Below are positions 34,574-36,653 of a DNA stretch of 36,653 nt, piece after piece; within the stretch, counting starts at the first letter, position 1, and each line of letters starts with the position of its first letter. Below the pieces are notes generated by a model. It was not told where the DNA came from. It searched no databases and saw nothing but the letters and a program-made list of their open reading frames with translations. Origin of the DNA: Nemertoderma westbladi (lineage: Eukaryota > Animalia > Xenacoelomorpha); the NCBI GenBank assembly GCA_032718475.1, contig JAUCBJ010002574.1, positions 1-36,653 on the forward strand, written 5' to 3'. The translations under genes and the position numbers were made by a program.

Positions 34574-35280
34574 GTAGACTAGAGGTGATTTAATATGTGT
34601 TAATAATATAACCGTTGCACTTATTGATTCTGATTCAGTTGGTTTCTATACAGTTGTGAGACTGGAACAGTTTTTAACCGTCGTCATTACCGTGCTATTA
34701 TATTCTGACTGTGCTATTATTGTGTTCTGTGAGTACAACGACTGACAGTAAAAACTCAGTTATTTCAACGGCCTTCGGTCTATTATATATCCAGACTAGA
34801 GCTTCAGCAGCCTACAGACGCGGCGACGCGTATAACACACACACCGGTCGGGATCTGATACTGCCAACTCCGTTGGATCCCGTCACACAGGTACACTAGC
34901 GCAACTCCGTTCATTGTATCAGACCGGACATTTTGCCTTCATTTTTGCATGGTTTATTAAGTAACAGAAATAAGTCACAATATATGAAAATTGAGATTGA
35001 AAGAACATATTTTATCAAATGCGCTAACAATTATCGTATCCAAAACTTAACTTGTCTAGATGTTTTATTGGTTAATATGTCAAGACCATTGTATGAAAAT
35101 ATCAAACAAATTGGTTAAAAAATGACTTTAAGTGGCGCAAAAACAAGATCTGCCTCTATCTGATTGCCAATATGTACTGTAGGAAGCCTACAGTAGGCCT
35201 AATAATTTAAATAGTAATTTATGACAGTTACTAAAGAAAGACACAGCTGGAATTTCCGCTACGGGGGTTTTGTTCGTTGT

Positions 35281-35600
35281 CGGTGATTTCATTTCCGATA
35301 TCAGTTTTCATGTTTGGCAAGACATGAAAACGTATGATCCCTATATAGTCTGCCTTTCCAGTTGTCAGTCGGAATATCTGTTTGTCTGTTAGTTTGTCCG
35401 TCCAAATATAATAAACACACGACAAAGCTAACATTGTCCTATGGCGTTTTCCTGGACGGTGATTTCATTTCCGATGACAATTTTAATGTTTGGTGATATC
35501 ATCTCTGTCTATCAGTCAGTCTGGCTGTCTGTCTGTCTGTCTGTTGGTATGGACGTCAACATACTGTATATAATAGAACATACGACCCAGCTAAAATTTT
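35281..35600. repeat. Two diverged ~176-bp tandem units
   Basis: CGGTGATTTCATTTCCGAT...TTT.ATGTTTGG at 35281 and 35457, each followed by a (CTGT)-rich stretch and CACGACAAAGCTAA / TACGACCCAGCTAA. Confidence 0.6.
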
Positions 35601-36202
35601 CACAATTCTGGTTTTAGAGGTGAAAAAATGAGAAGTAAAAACTTTCAATTTGAATTCCCCTATAAAATTCTGCACAAGAATCAAACAAAAAGAGTTTTTG
35701 AATTTTTTGTCCCATTACCCCTAAACCAAACTTAGAATCTGAAATCGAATTTCAGTGGGGGACTCAGCAGTTCTCCAATCTCCCTCTAGAGAACTACTAA
35801 ACTCTTAATAGTTGACCCTAATGTTAAACTTGTTTGATTCGTCCTGCGCGAAAGCACCGCGAATGTGTTGAATATTTTGCTACATTATATTAATAAGTTT
35901 GATATACTGTATATACTGTACAGTAGTATATACTGTACAGTAGTATATACAGTAGTATACTGTATACATGTATTATTGATTTTCGTCCTGCGCGAAAGCA
36001 CCGCGTAATAAGCGAGGCCTACAGAACATGTTATTGAACTTAGTTTATAGGTTTATCTGCTTTCCAATAATTATAGTCATACAGTTTATGGTACAATATT
36101 GGTTAAGACTTCATTTGCGTTCTTCTTATCAAATGCGACCATAGAAAATGTAGCGGGACTATATTTCGGCGATATGTTATGCCTACGACACCGCAAAGGA
36201 CA

Positions 36203-36653
36203 ATCTAAAAATGTTTTAAAACCAGCAGATTAGATTTAAAAATTGAAATTAACGCGATTAATGTAACAATATAAAAAAAATCAATACCAACAAAATAAAA
36301 CAGTAGGCCTAATTAAAATAAACATATTACGTACTGTGTATTACGTATTAAGCATTAAGTACGATAAGCGGAGGGGGAGATTTGGCTGCATGCCTTTCTG
36401 ACGTTCTGAATGTGGATTCGGACAACTTTTGTACTCAACTTATAATGCTATATATCTGAATTTGGAAACTGAAAAAAATATTCAATTTAATGCAGCTCGG
36501 CTGGCGTTTCTCTGGATAACATTTTGTATTTTTTCAATCAAAACTATATTTTTGTATTTTTTGTGTTTCAGTACTCAAACCCCTCCCACACTGCAGAGCT
36601 GAGTCTGTGAGACTTACGGAAAGGCGTTCGCACAGAAAAGCGTCCTAAACAGT
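36203..36653 (+). repeat. Local duplication copy 2; the zinc-finger exon starts at 36572 and runs off the window
   Basis: Matches 27784-28185, including the CETYGKAF variant. Confidence 0.93.

Overview
AT-rich, repeat-dense eukaryotic DNA, most likely from an invertebrate animal. Host-gene content is small: the first coding exon of a cGMP-dependent protein kinase-like gene (minus strand, 1149-1581), five phase-compatible 3' exons of a SPAG17/PF6-like gene (plus strand, 11432-16971), and a duplicated, decayed C2H2 zinc-finger exon (28104 and 36572). The rest is nested mobile DNA whose junctions can mostly be read to the base. It includes a Harbinger derivative with a ~60-bp RTE tail in its TIR, a CRE-like retroelement fragment inside an AT-rich minisatellite, a decayed LINE ORF1 containing a 22-bp array, and a MITE inside another minisatellite. 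It also holds a young BEL/Pao LTR element carrying a complete piggyBac in gag, an RTE LINE splitting a zinc finger, and an RTEX/L2-like LINE with a 362-bp insert bearing a hammerhead-like core. I found no clearly new multi-gene system. The best leads are the CRE-like element in the minisatellite, the BEL/piggyBac composite lacking a TSD, and the PRKG/SPAG17 arrangement. Family calls come from motif recognition by eye; no database searches were run.
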